Assembly: GCF_002105155.1 (NCBI RefSeq)
Contig: NW_019028980.1
Span: 1,612,001 to 1,676,000 of the forward strand
Direction: 5' to 3'
Length of the DNA stretch: 64,000 nt
Source of the DNA: Lobosporangium transversale
Taxonomy: Eukaryota
Both the position numbers and the translations under genes were made by a program. The notes beneath the pieces were generated by a model that was given only the letters and a program-made list of their open reading frames with translations, ran no database searches and had not been told where the DNA came from. Position 1 is the first letter of the stretch. The number at the start of each line of letters is the position of its first letter. Below, piece after piece: positions 26,214-39,975 of this stretch.

Positions 26214-27319
26214 TTAAGCACCAGTCTTTTCATCGTTGATCTTTGCATCGTCGATACCCTCAGCCTTTTTCTCATCAACATACGAGCTATTCACAAGCAT
26301 CTCTGAGAATGGGATCAACTTATCAACCCCACGGATTTCGTTTGTCAACAGAGGTAACCTGGTGATGTGGAAGTCATCATACAGGTCATAGATCTGATCC
26401 AAGTACTTCTTCTGCATAGCGTGACGCACTCGACACTGCTCACAGTTTGAATCCTTTTTGGGGAACAAAAGCTGATTGACAACGATGTTATGGGTATCAA
26501 TATGATACGAAGTCAACTCCTGGATCATACGCTCTGTTTCATACAACGACAAGAACTCGGAGATACACACACAAACAAATGTGGTCTTGTCTGCATCCTT
26601 GAATTGATTGTTGACTTCTGTGATGACCTCACGCATACCCTCCAGCTTGCTGAACATGTCTTCGGGGTTGCCTTGCATACCCATCATGCCCGACATTTGT
26701 TGCATCATCGGACCGAAACGGCCACTGAGCTGCGAGACCTTTGCAAGAGCCTTCTCCAAAACACTGGGGAAGGATAAGAAGCGAAGGGTGTGTCCTGTTG
26801 GTGCAGTGTCGAAAATAATTACAGAGTACTCCATTGCTTTGACTTGCCTAAGAGTCATTCACGAAAAAATGAACATGTGAAATTAACAAATGCGGAAAAA
26901 AGGGGGAAGGGGGAAGGGAGAAGAACTCTGTTTTGCAACATAGAACAATAGATCAACATACTTCATTACTTCAGCGAAGCCCATAGCTTCATCAACACCA
27001 GGAATAGCAAAAGCAAGATCTTGCATCATGGAAGAGACGCCGCTTCCCTGATCATCCGCTATATCCATACATGTGCATACCAAGAGAAAGAATCAGCGAA
27101 AATCACTTAATCACGCTTTTTCAAGACAAATTGAACTAGTTGGATCAGTTGAATCGAATTTCTTCATGGGTTGTTGCCAATTCCTTACAGTTTTCGATCA
27201 TCTCTTGAATAGAGGATGTGGGGTCGATTTCCTATATAATAAAATAAGAAAAAGAAAAAAAAAGAAAAAGAAAAGACAAACAGTTACATTGATGAAGTGC
27301 TATGTTCCTGTTTGTCTAT

Positions 27320-27361
<42 letters not shown>

Positions 27362-27825
27362 GTGAATTCCTTTTGTTAATATTTACCATGGCATAAAGGT
27401 TATCAAATCCATTGACGAGGGTGGCATCCTTGCTAAACTTTTGTCCAAAGGCATCTGACAAGTTATGGGCAGGATCTGTGGAGATCAAGAGAACACTTGG
27501 ACGAGCCTTCGCCAACTGGATAGCGAGAGAGCATGAAGTGGTTGTCTTTCCTATGAATTGGCCAGTGAAATGTTTTGTGTGATAGAGCTTTTTGTTTTGA
27601 GAATTTATAATAAAAAGCTTTCAAAGTTGAATGCGCATCCTAAAAAGAAGAGAAAGAAAAGAGGATCGACATTGTCATGCAAACAATGTCTGTTGAGAAA
27701 AATATATATAAAGTCTTCTTACCGACTCCACCTTTGCCTCCGACAAAGATCCATTGCAATGAGGTCTGGTCGATAACGTTCTGGAGTGTAGGCTCGAGGG
27801 GCTCAAGGTCTTCAATGTCCGACAT
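26214..27825 (-). CDS. GET3: Get3/ASNA1 tail-anchored protein insertion ATPase
   Basis: Exons 27825-27723, 27550-27387, 27231-27189, 27058-26962 and 26847-26214. Motifs [49 protein letters not shown] and CEQC. Confidence 0.95.
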
Positions 27826-28934
27826 GTTTTTATTGTTTTATAATATTGCGGTGTCGAATGGTGTAAGAGTGGAGTTGGATGAGATGCAGAACTTTAACAT
27901 GTCGAGATGCGATGGAACCTTGGCGAATAATCGGTGGCTTGTGCGCTTCGTGCCGCTCAAAAAAAAAAAAATTCCTCTCTGGCTACAGGTAACGCGAAAC
28001 GCGAACATTAAAAAACTTTGACGCGTAATGAGCAACGGAAAAGATCTCTCCTGTCACACCTTCCTGTTTTAATCTCTAAAAGAGAATGTATGGTGTTTGG
28101 GAATGTATCCAGACTACAATAACGCATTAAGTCAATATTGTAACATCACATTGAAGAACATTGCATGCAGCCATAAAAATATATTTTCACTGCTATTCAC
28201 GATTTGTTTTTTCAACTTTTTATAACTGAAGAACCGTTTATTGTATGTTATTACTCTTAAATCTATTTGCATCAGCGTCCTCAAAAGATTATGCCTGTTA
28301 TTATCTTTTAGGACTCACACTCTGTATTTGGTGTATTGAATGTTAGTTTGGGTTTCTCGGTTTATAGGCGTACTAATCTTCGTTCCTGTTGGTATCTACT
28401 GTAGTCTTTACTTGGCTGCTCTTTACAAAGTATAGCTTGTTAATGCACTACTTCTGTTGATAAACAAATGTGGGTACTTGTACAGTTCATATACTACGAC
28501 CATATCCGTCTAAACATGCTGTTAATGATCAGTGTTGGTTAAATGCCATCTGTCGCCAGAGACCCTTGTTCGTTTCCATGTTATTCTTCATCTCATTGAT
28601 ATAACAGCTTGTATATTTCTCCTCGATAATAGACACTTGGTGATTCTGTTCAACAGAGCTGAGAACGTCAGTTGACGATTGTCTGCGGGTCTCTTACTTC
28701 ATTGCAAATATCAAATTACAGGATCACATCTAGTATCTACAACGCACCTTTCCATCCCTTTAATTCATTGTTTGCGTGGGAAAGAAATTCAAATAATGGC
28801 TTTGCCGACCACAACTCCTCAATTTTTTTTCATTTTCCTCCATTCCACTCTTCGTCATCATCCATCTCAATTCCTTCTCCTTTTTACTCGACCATCTTCC
28901 ATTCAATACCACAATCGCAAATAACATACAACTA

Positions 28935-30473
28935 ATGACCATGACATCGGCCAAGGAAAAACTCCAGGCATTCCGTCTTGTCGGCTCGGATAGATCATCA
29001 ACCCCACTGTCAGATACTCAATACATTGAGGCTCGATTTGACCAAAAAGAACAACAGTACATCATCCTCTGGTGGGACATTGTAAACGTTTACAAAGATA
29101 CAATTTGTATAAAGAAAGGGGAATTAATTTTATCATTCCTCGTGGATGGCGAATTTGAATAGTAAGAATAGTAGTTAACATGAAGATTGCTTGCTCCTCG
29201 TATCGATGCTATTTGCTACAATGTTGAATGATATTTGATTTTAACAAAAATCTACGAATAAAACAGCGTCAAGCCACTCCGAATCCGCGCAGATTTTGAT
29301 GCCATCCTGGATGTTGTCATCCCCTTCCGTGCAAACAATCCAAAGAAGCCAGACTCAGATTCAACAATAACTCAATGGGGAATAAAAGAAGAACCAGCTG
29401 CAGCAGAGTTGAATGAAACAACTGCCCTTGGCTCTGTGAACCTAGGTAATAGCGGTGACCGCAAAAGCCTCAAGGCAGATAACGCAGTCCCTTCAACAGA
29501 AACTAGGCTTCATTCAGAGAATATTCCAAGTTATGAAGCTACAATTTCGACAGATTCGACTATTGAAGAGAGCGCAGAGTTGATGCCAGCGCCGCTTGCT
29601 GGGGAGGTCCAGTTGGGAAAGGCAGTCAAAGGAGATGCCACTGATGAAGCCAATCTAAACCTTATCCTCAAAGTCAATGGAAATTCACAGGATCATTCAA
29701 GAGCCTTTGACTGGTTTTTCAAGAGAGCTTCCTCAGGGACTTCTTATGGTGCATATAATACTGTAGGTTACATGTACTATCATGGCATAGGGGTCTCACA
29801 GAACTATTCAAGCGCCCTAAACTGGTTTAACAAGGCAGTCAACCAAGGAGATAGTATTAGCCAGAGTAATCTAGGCTGCATGTACTATCATGGCGTAGGG
29901 GTTTCACAGGACTATTCGAAAGCCTATGACTGGTATCTCAAGGCAGCCAACCTAGAAAATGCCATTGCTCAGATCAATCTAGGTTGGATGTACTTTTATG
30001 GGAAAGGAGTTGAGCAAGACTATTCAAAAGCCTTTGATCGGTGCCTCAAGCCAGCCAACCAAGGAAATACCAGAGCTCAGAGTAGTTTAGGCTACATGTA
30101 CCTTGAGGCCAAGGGAGACTCACAGGATTATTCAAAAGCCACCTATTGGCTTCTCAAGGCGGCCAACCAAGGAAATGCCAATGCTCAGAGTAATCTAGGC
30201 TACATGTACTCTCGTGGCAAAGGGGTTCCAAAGAATTATCCGAGAGCCATCGACTGGTATCTTAAAGCAGCCAACCAAGGAAATGTTACCGCTCAATGCA
30301 ATCTAGGCTATGTGTACTATCATGGCATAGGAACTTCACAGGACCATTCGAAAGCCTTTGACTGGTATACCAAGGCAGCCGATCAAGGATGTCCCGATGC
30401 TCAGCGTGCTATTGGTTCTATGTATCGAGCTGGAAAAGGTATTCCTGAAGATCAAGTTGAAACAGAGCAATAA
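28935..30473 (+). CDS. QxFR-header SEL1-repeat protein A (6 full repeats)
   Basis: Exons 28935-29161 and 29267-30473 (phase-2 intron). 36-aa AQxNLGYMYxxGxGVxQDYSKAxxWYLKAANQG repeats. Confidence 0.88.
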
Positions 30474-31208
30474 TATCAAAAAAGTCGCAGACCCAAGCAA
30501 AAGTTGGACTAGCTCGACCGTTGACGGCTCTTCAATATATTAATCTGAAGGGCTTTTAAGTACATATTTGAGATTCAATGCCTATTATTTGTCTCTGCAA
30601 TTAAATGATCATTGCAAACCATGGCTACAAGGCCAAGAAAGCAACTTTGCTATTTGTCCATACTGTGTTCATACTGTGGGATGCTATAAACTACTAACAC
30701 CGCAAATAGCAGTATTCTAGAGAGAGAACAGTCAGCTAGTCAAGTTAGAGACACCCTCTCACTCCATGTCTTTATCATAAAGACAAAGGTAGAGGTGATA
30801 TCTCGGGTTATTGTATTGTTAGTGAATAGCATGTAGACAAAGACATAAGAAAAGCAGTATGATATTACATTGATATCTGTTGAATGGGTAGTAACAGACT
30901 GGCACAAAGTAGAGAGCGAAACACAGGTCATGTCCTCTGAATGATTAACAAATAATGGTTCATTATGGAAAATCGGTTGTAAACTTGCGAATTGCAGTTC
31001 TCCATCCTTATTAAATACATTTGTTTGCGTGGGAAAGAGTCAAAGAGGCAACTTCTTAATTTACATGTAGTTTGTCATTTTTTAACAACTTCCATTCTCC
31101 GTTTCATCTTTTCCATTGCACTCGTGTCACCATTCCTTTCCCATTCATTCTTCCACTCTCACCATCTCTACAACACCATAATTGCAAACAATATCAGGAC
31201 CCTTAACC

Positions 31209-33056
31209 ATGATATCTGATGAGAAAAAGGTCCAGGCGTTTCGCCTTGTCAGTCCGGATGGGTCACCCATTCCAGGATTAGATATCCAATACATTGAAAG
31301 TCGATTTGACCAAAGAACACGGCAGTACATCATCCTCTGGAATGACATTGTATCTGTCTACAAGGATGCAATGTATTTAAAGAAAGGAAAAGTAACTCTG
31401 TCATTTCTCGCGGACCACAACTTTGTATAGTAAGAATAGCAATGGTCAAGCCAATGTATCGATACAATTTTTTACTTTTTTAGAGCTGTATGATATATAT
31501 ATATCAAGCTTAATGATTGTATCATTGCTTCAAATAGTCTTGAGCCACTCCGAATCTGTGCAGAACCTGATATCGTGTTGGACATGGCTATTTCCATGCA
31601 GTCAAACAATCTAAGAAAGGCATATTCAAATTCAGCTACGGCTCAAAGAGGAAGGAAAGACTCATCTGCAACAGAACTCTATGGGGCGATGACACCTATT
31701 TCTGCCAAAAAAAGCAATGTCGATGGCTGCAAAAACCTCAAGGCAGATGGCACAGCTTCTTCAACAGTAACTGAGGCCCACTCAAAGGATATTATGAATT
31801 ATGAATTTATAGCTTCGACAACTTCAACTATTGAAGAAAATCCAGAGTTGATGGCAGTGCCTCTTGGTGGGGAGATACAGCCAGGAAGCACACTTGAAGG
31901 GGATGCCAGTGCTGAGGTCTATCTACACCTTATCCTTAAGAACAAAGGAGATCCACAGGATTATTCGAAAGCCTTTGACTGGTACTACAATGAAGCCGAT
32001 AAAGGAAATACTGCCGCTTATTGTAACTTGGGGTACATGTACTATCATGGCAAAGGAGCATTACAAAATGATTCGTATGCCTTTAGCTGGTTTTGCCATG
32101 CAGCTGAACAGGGATATGCTACCGGTCAGAGTAATCTGGGTTGCATGTATGAATATGGTAGAGGAACTGAACAGGACTATTCGACAGCTATCGACTGGTA
32201 TATCAAAGCAGCCAACCAAGGAAACGCCATTGCTCAGAGTAATCTAGCCTACATGTATCTTGAAGGCAAAGGATGTTCACAAGACTACTATAAAGCTTCC
32301 GAGTGGTATCTCAAGGCAGCCAACCAAAAAAATGCCGCCGCCCAGAGCAATCTAGGTTATCTATACTTTTATGGCAAAGGGGTTTCAAAGGATTATTCGA
32401 AAGCCATCTACTGGCTTCTCAAGGCGGCCAACCAAGGAAACGCTGCCGCTCAGAGTGATTTAGGTTACATGTACTCTCATGGCGAAGGAGTTGAGCAAGA
32501 CTATTCAATTGCCGTCAGCTGGTATCTCAAGGCAGCCTACGACGGATATGCTGTCGCTCAGAGCAACCTAGCCTACGTGTACCTTAAAGGTAAAGGGTGT
32601 TCGCAAGATTATTGTAGTGCTATCGAGTGGTATCTCAAGGCAGCCAACCAAGAAAATGCCGCTGCCCAGAGCAATCTAGGCTACATATACTATTATGGCA
32701 TAGGGGCTTCGCAGGATTTTTCAAAAACCATTTACTGGCTTCTCAAGGCAGCCAACCAAGGAAATGCCATCGCTCAGAGTAATCTAGGCTACATTTATTC
32801 TCGTGGCAAAGGAGTTGAACATGATTATTTAATCGCCATCGACTGGTATCTCAAGGCGGCCAATCAAGGGTATGCCGCCGCTCAGAGTAACCTAGGGTAC
32901 ATGTACTATCATGGTATAGGCGCTTCACAGGACCATTCGAAAGCCTATAACTGGTTTCTCAAGGCAGCCGATCAAGGATGTGCTGATGCTCAGCATGCCA
33001 TTCGTTCTTTATATCAAACTGGAAAAGGAGCCCCTAAAGTCCATGTTGAAACATAG
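31209..33056 (+). CDS. QxFR-header SEL1-repeat protein B (9 full repeats)
   Basis: Exons 31209-31429 and 31538-33056, same architecture as A. Confidence 0.88.
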
Positions 33057-33839
33057 CAATTATATTAAAAAACAAAACGGGAGACCAAAGTGATGTTGGT
33101 GCCAAGTAAAAGTTAGTCCGTTCAAGCGCCAACCGCTCTTGAATCTTTTGGATCTGAAGTACCGCCAAGTATGCCGCTTTTTATAGTTATTACAGATCTC
33201 CATTACCCAATATCGTTCACATGTCTTTACGGTCATTCCAACTACAAGATTAATAGGGCCAGAAAGCAACAATATCTCACGGAAGTCCCTTGGTTTCTTT
33301 TCTTTAATTCCTCTGCCATCTGCCCAATTTGTGCAGTTCGCGTTTATGTGCATTCGATGTTACAATTTATTCACTTGACAAAATAAACAAAGAAAATGAA
33401 GTATAAACGTCGACAGCCGTCTCTTTGTCTTGAAGATCAAGGCAAAAGCTGTTATTTAAGTGAACCAGCTGTCCTTACTGTATAAATCGTTCCTGCATGC
33501 TTGCTGTCGGTGAGTGAATATCATGTGAATGAGGATTAGAAGCAATGCTGGTGCTGATAGACTAAGCGAGTTATATTAACCTCTGCGCGTGTTCGCTAAA
33601 TTGAATCGAGAATAAAACACCTTGGATCATTGAATGATTAAAAAATTGACAGAAAATCCAATTGTAAAAACGCATTCAATTTTCTTTTAGTCGTGTGGGA
33701 GGGAAAGTGTCAAAGTGGCGACGGTTTTTTTAAATGGCTTCGCCAGTCTCATGTGACCATTCCTCTTAATTCAATCTTTCTTCTACACCTTACCATCTCC
33801 ATCACATCATAATTACAAACAACAACAGAACTCTTAACC

Positions 33840-35341
33840 ATGGTATCTGATGACTCGGGTGAGGAAAAAGTCCAGGCATTTCGCCTCGTCAGCCTGGATG
33901 GGTCACCCATTCCAGGATTAGATATCCAATACATTGAACCTCGATATGACCGAAGTACACGGCAGTACGTCATCCTCTGGAACGATATTGTGTTTTCTTA
34001 CAAGGATGCAATGCATGTAAAGAAAGGAAAAGTGACTCTATCATGTCTCACGGACGACAACCTTGTATAGTAAGAATAATAATTGATCTTCATAGTCATT
34101 CCAATGCATTGACAGTTTTTGTTTGCTTTTTTGGAGCTGTATGATATATACATCCAACTCATGATTGTGTCATTGCTTCAAATAGCCTTGAGCCACTTCG
34201 AATCCGCGCAGAACCTGATATCGTGTTGAATGTGGTCATTTCCCTTCAGGCAAGCTATCTAAGAGAGCCATATCCAGATTCAACAACTGCTCAAAGGAAT
34301 GAAGACTCATCTACAATAGAATTATATGAGGCTACCCTCCAAAGCTCTGTCAAAAAAAGTAATATTGATGATCGCAAAAGTCTTAAGGCAGATGGCACAG
34401 CTTCTTTGACAGTAACTGAAGCTCATTCAGAAGATATTCCGAGTTATGAAGAAAGCGCAGAGTTGATGGCAGTGCCGCTTAGTGGAGAGATACAGCCAGG
34501 AGGTATAAGCAAAGGGGGATCCAAAGATGAGGCCAATCTACGCCTTATCCTTAAGGATAACGGAGATCCACAGGATTATTCAAAAGCCTTTGACTGGTAC
34601 TACACTGAAGCCAACTGGGGATGGTCCGGCGCTCGGACTAACATGGGTTACATGTACTATCATGGCATGGGAGTTCAACAGAGCTATTCAGATGCTTTTG
34701 ACTGCTATTCTACGGCAGCCAAAAAAGGAAACGTTCAAGCCCAGAGCAATATAGGCTGCCTATACGAACATGGTAAAGGAGTTGAGCAGGACTATTCGAA
34801 AGCCATTGAGTGGTACCTCAAGGCAGCCAACCAGGGAAACGCCATTGCTCAGATCAATCTAGGTTGGATGTACTTTTATGGGAAAGGAGTTGAGCAAGAC
34901 TATTCAAAAGCCTTTGACTGGTGCCTCAAGCCAGCCAACCTAGGAAATGCCAGTGCTCAGAGTAGCTTAGGTTACATGTACCTTGAGGCCAAAGGAGACT
35001 CGAAGGACTATTCGAAAGCCACCTATTGGCTTCTCAAGGCAGCCAGCCAAGAGAATACTATTGCGCAGAGCAACCTAGGCTACATTCACTCTCGTGGCAA
35101 AGGAGTTAAACAAGACTATTCGAAAGCCTTTGACTGGTATCTCAAGGCAGCCAATCTAGGAAACGCCACCGCTCAGAGTAACCTAGGGTACATGTACTAT
35201 CATGGCGTAGGGGTTTCACAGGACCATTCGAAGGCCTATGACTGGTATCTCAAGGCTGCCGATCAGGGATGTGCTAGTGCTCAGCGCACCATTGGTTCTA
35301 TGTATCGAATTGGAAAAGGAACCCATGTTAAAGCAGCGTAA
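33840..35341 (+). CDS. QxFR-header SEL1-repeat protein C (6 full repeats)
   Basis: Exons 33840-34069 and 34186-35341, same architecture as A. Confidence 0.88.
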
Positions 35342-36160
35342 TAGCAACAAGGACTTGCAGTCTAAGATGCTATTGATGACAAGCAGAAGCTGATTCGGCT
35401 CAAGTACTTACGGCTCTTGGATGTTTTTTAATCTGAAGAACTCCTAAGTACAGTACGTATTTGAGATCCAATATCCTTCATTTAATTCGATAATTAAATA
35501 ATGAAGTGTCGATTGCAACTATAGGGAGTTTGGGCCGAGAAAGCAATAGCAAATGCCATACTCCACGATTTGTATACTTAGGATGTAGTGGATCTGTAAT
35601 GTCAGTGTAACAAAAGAAACAAAAGAAATGGCATTCGTTACAAAGCGACGAATTAATTACCATCTTGCGATTAGAAGTTACCTGGTTTGACTAGATATAC
35701 TTTTACATTCTAAGTTTTTATCTTGACGGTGAAGAAGGTGGAAGTGGTAGTTTGGCGAACCTGATCTTCTTGTTGTATGACTTGGTGCTAAGTGTTCATT
35801 TCATATTGCTGTTAATGAGTACCATGTGAACGAGGGTCATGAACGTCTCTTTAGTGATACATAGGAGTGAGGGCAGCCACACTGGTCCCGATAAATTGAG
35901 CGATATGTATGACATTGGCATCTATTGAATAGGCGCAAATCCGAGTAAAGAGTCCTATAGCATATGAAAAGTTTTTTTGTTATTAGTGATGCGCCACAAA
36001 GACATCTTTGTTATGTGACAAAAAAGCAGTTTATTGTGTGGGCTTCACCAACCTCATTCTCGACTCCTCTCTCTTTCATCTGCTCTTGCTATTTGCCCCT
36101 TCTTTTTTCTATTCTTACTGTCCCCCCATTCAATGTCACAGTTATAAACGGCACATACTA

Positions 36161-37461
36161 ATGACTACGATATATCCTAAGGAAAAGCTCCAGGCATTTC
36201 GCCTCGTCAGCTTGGATGGGACTCTCACTCTGGTATCAGATCTCCAATATATTAGAGCTCTATTTGATCGAAAAACCGATCAGTACATTCTCTGGACGAC
36301 ATTGCCCTTCTTTACAAGGGTACAATTCACGTAAAGAAAGGAAAAGAAACTCTATCATTTCTCACGGACGACAATCTTGTACAGTAAGGACAACAATCGA
36401 TTTTCATGACTGCTTCAATGTATAGACAACATTATTTGGTTTTAGTGCAATATATGGGCGCAGCCATTGTATCATTGCTACAAATAGTCTTATACCGTTC
36501 CGAATCCGCGCAGCACTTGATACCTTACTGGACATGGTTATTTCCTTTCAGGCAGACAATCTAAGAGAGGCATATCTAAATCCAACACGACTCAAAAAGG
36601 AAGGGAACTCGTCTGTGGCAGAACTCTATGAGGCGACTCCTCTAAGCTCTGTCAAAAAAAGTAATAGCGATGACCACAAAGGCCTCAAGACAGATAACAT
36701 AGCCCCTTCATCCAGTGGATGTTCCAAGTTATGAATCTGCAATTTCGATAGATTCGACTGTTGAAGAGAGCGCAGGGTTGATGCCAATGCCAATTAGCGA
36801 GAAGAAGGAGATTCAGCCAGAAGGTACAATCGAAAACCATACCATCAGTCAGACCTATCAAGACTCCATTCTTAAGGAAGGAGGTTTACAGGATTATTGG
36901 AAGACCCTAAGCTGGTTTGACTCGATAGCCAGACAAGGAAATCCTAACGCTCAATGTAATTTAGGCTACATGAACTATTATGGCAAAGGGACACCCCAGA
37001 GTTATTCGCATGCCACTGACTGGTTTTCCCTGTCAGCCGAGAAAGAAATGGCCGCCGCTCAGAGTAATCTAGGTTGCCTGTACGAAGACGGCAAAGGGGT
37101 TAAGCAGGACTATTCGAAAGCCATCGAGTGGTATCTCAAGGCAGCCAATCAGGGAAACGCCATTGCTCAAAGCAGTCTAGGTTACATGTACTCTCGTGGC
37201 AAAGGAGCTAAACAAGACTGCTCAAAAGCCATCGACTGGTGTCTCAAAGCTGCCCACTAAGGGTATGCCACCGCTCAGAGTAACCTGGGTTACATGTACT
37301 ATCATGATTTAGGAGCTTCACAGGACAATTCGAAAGCCTATGACTGGTATACCAAGGCAGCCGATCAAGGATGTCCCGATGCTCAGCGTGCTATTGGTTC
37401 TATGTATCGAGATGGGAAGGGAGTCCCTTAAGGGTAAATAGAAGCAAAGCGTTGGTTTTAA
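36161..37461 (+). pseudogene. QxFR-header SEL1-repeat pseudogene D (4 repeats)
   Basis: Homologous header with a frameshift near 36295, intron 36384-36487, a second frameshift near 36715, and in-frame TAA at 37258-37260 and 37428-37430. Confidence 0.85.
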
Positions 37462-38001
37462 AAAGTTGTAGGTCAAGTAAAAATTTAGACCAGTTCAAGC
37501 ACTCATAGTCCTTGCTGTGTTTGGTCTAGCACGCTCTTAATCACATGGTTGATATTCAATACCTTGGTAATTAAATGATGAAACAACCCTTGAAACTATA
37601 AGATCATTTGGTTCAGAAAGCAGCAACGCCTTGTAGACATTACTGAGTTCTTTTTTATTTCACCATGCTGCACGATTTAGTATGTGCATGCAGTCAATGT
37701 ATTATGCCACTGTTGCAAATGAACAGAAATTGGAGCAGTCAATTGAGCTGCGGTAATGATATCACTTGGATATGAGTGTTCCAGTATGGCGAATTGCCAG
37801 AAATACCCTTTACACCCTAAACCTTTCTCATGAGTGGGCAAGGTGAAGGCTGTATTTGTATAATCAGCTTCCTTGTTGTAAAAGCTGGCTCTATATATTT
37901 ATTGCGTAATACTGTCAATGTCGTGTGAACGAGGATTGTGAGCAGTGCTACTGTTGATAGGCTAAGCAATATAACATTGATGTCTACAGGGCGTAGAGAA
38001 T

Positions 38002-38033
<32 letters not shown>

Positions 38034-38282
38034 GGAGTGATCGCAGCTCTTAGGGTTTCATTTTTTAATGTGCCACAAGGACACCCCTGGAAGTAACCCA
38101 GAAAAATAAGGAATCAAAGAGAGGCGAAATAATAGTTCATTAAAAGAAAGAAAAAAAAAAGACTTTGCCAATCTCATCCTCGCCTTCTTCTCTTCTCTCT
38201 CTTCGATCCTATCCTTGTTATTTCTCTTTACTATCCCTTCAATCTCCCATAAAATACCACTATTAAAAACAGTATATTACAA

Positions 38283-39975
38283 ATGATCATGATATCTTCT
38301 AAGGAAAAGCTCCAAGCATTTCGCCTCGTCAGTTTGGATGGGTCATCCACTCCTGTATCGGATATTCATTACATTGAAACCCGATTTGACCATAAAACAC
38401 AACAGCACATCATCCTCTGGGAGGACATTTTATCTTCTTATAAAGATGCAATTCGTGTTATGAAAGGAAAAGTGACTTTATCCTTTCTCACGGACGATAA
38501 CTTTGAACAGTAAGGATAATAATGATAATTGGCCGCTATGACCACCACTCGCGTCTACAACTGACACCAATGGCTTGGGTGTTGGATAATATTTCACCAT
38601 GAGCTAAGATCACGTCAATGCTGTAAAAATACAATGTAGTATAAAACCACTTCGAATCCGTGCAGAACCTGATACCATACTGGATATCGTTATTTCTCTT
38701 CAAGCAGGCGTCCCAGCGGAGTCAAGCCTAGAAGCAACAGCGATTCAAAAAAGAAAGAGGGAGTCAGCTGCGACAGAGCTGGGTGAAGTGACCACTCCTA
38801 GCTCTGTCGAAATTAATGACAGCTATGATCACAAAAGTTTCAAGGCAAATATGGAGCATTTTTTCGAAAGACATGATGATGTAGCCTCCTTAATCATAGC
38901 TGGGCTTCATTTGGAGGGTACTTCAAGTAATAAAGCAGCGCCTTCGACAAGCCCAACTATTGAAGAAAATTCAGAGTTAATGCCAACGCCACTTGGTACA
39001 GAGATTCAGCCAGGAGGAGTAGATAATGGGGATGTCTATGATCAGGCCAGGCTTGGTGAGATCCTTGGGGATGAAAGAGATCCACAGGGTCGTCCGAAAG
39101 ACTTCGACTGGTATCTCAAGGCAGCGAACAAAGGAAATCCTACCGCTCAGAATATCATAGGCTACATGCACCTTAAGGCTAATGGAAGCTCACAGGGGTA
39201 TTCGAGAGCTATCTACTGGTTTACCAAGGCAGGCGACCAAAACAAAGCTGCTGCTCAAAATAACCTGGGTTATATGTACTACCGTGGTATGGGGCTTTCA
39301 AAGAACTATTCACATGCCTTCTACTACTTTTCCAAAACAGCCAACAATGGAGATGCTATCGGTCAGAGTAATCTAGGGTACCTGTACGAACATGGTAAAG
39401 GGGTTCCACAGAACTATTCGACAGCCCTTGCCTGGTATCTCAAGGCAGCCAGCCAGGGAAATGCCGGCGCTCAGAGCAATCTAGCTTACATGTACCTTGA
39501 AGCCAAGGGATGTTCACAGGATTATTGTAAAGCTACAGAGTGGTACCTCATGGCAGCCAACCAAGGGAACACCACCGCTCAGAGCAATCTGGGTTACATA
39601 TACTCTCGTAAAGAAGGAGTTTCACGGGATTATTCAAAAGCTGTATACTGGCTCCTCAAGGCTGCAAACCAAGGAAGCCTTAGTGCTCAGAGTAATCTAG
39701 GCTATTTGCACTCACGCGGCAAAGGAGTTAAACAGGACTATCCAACTGCCATCAGCTGGTATCTCAAGGCGGCCAATAAAGGGGACGCCACCGCTCAGAG
39801 TAACCTAGGATACATGTACTACCATGGTGTAGGAGTTTCACAGGACTATTCGAAAGCCTTAGGCTGGTACCTCAAGGCTGCCGCTCAAGGACATGTTAAT
39901 GCTCAGCGCGTTGTTGGCTCTCTGTATCGAGATGGAAAGTGGGCTCCTAAACGTCAACCTGAAGAAGAGGAATAA
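38283..39975 (+). CDS. QxFR-header SEL1-repeat protein E (7 full repeats)
   Basis: Exons 38283-38509 and 38640-39975, same architecture as A. Confidence 0.88.

Noticed and set aside
29521..29537. IPSYE in SEL1 linkers as a WW-binding PY motif
   Set aside because: Not a canonical PPxY/LPxY and absent from paralogs B and E.
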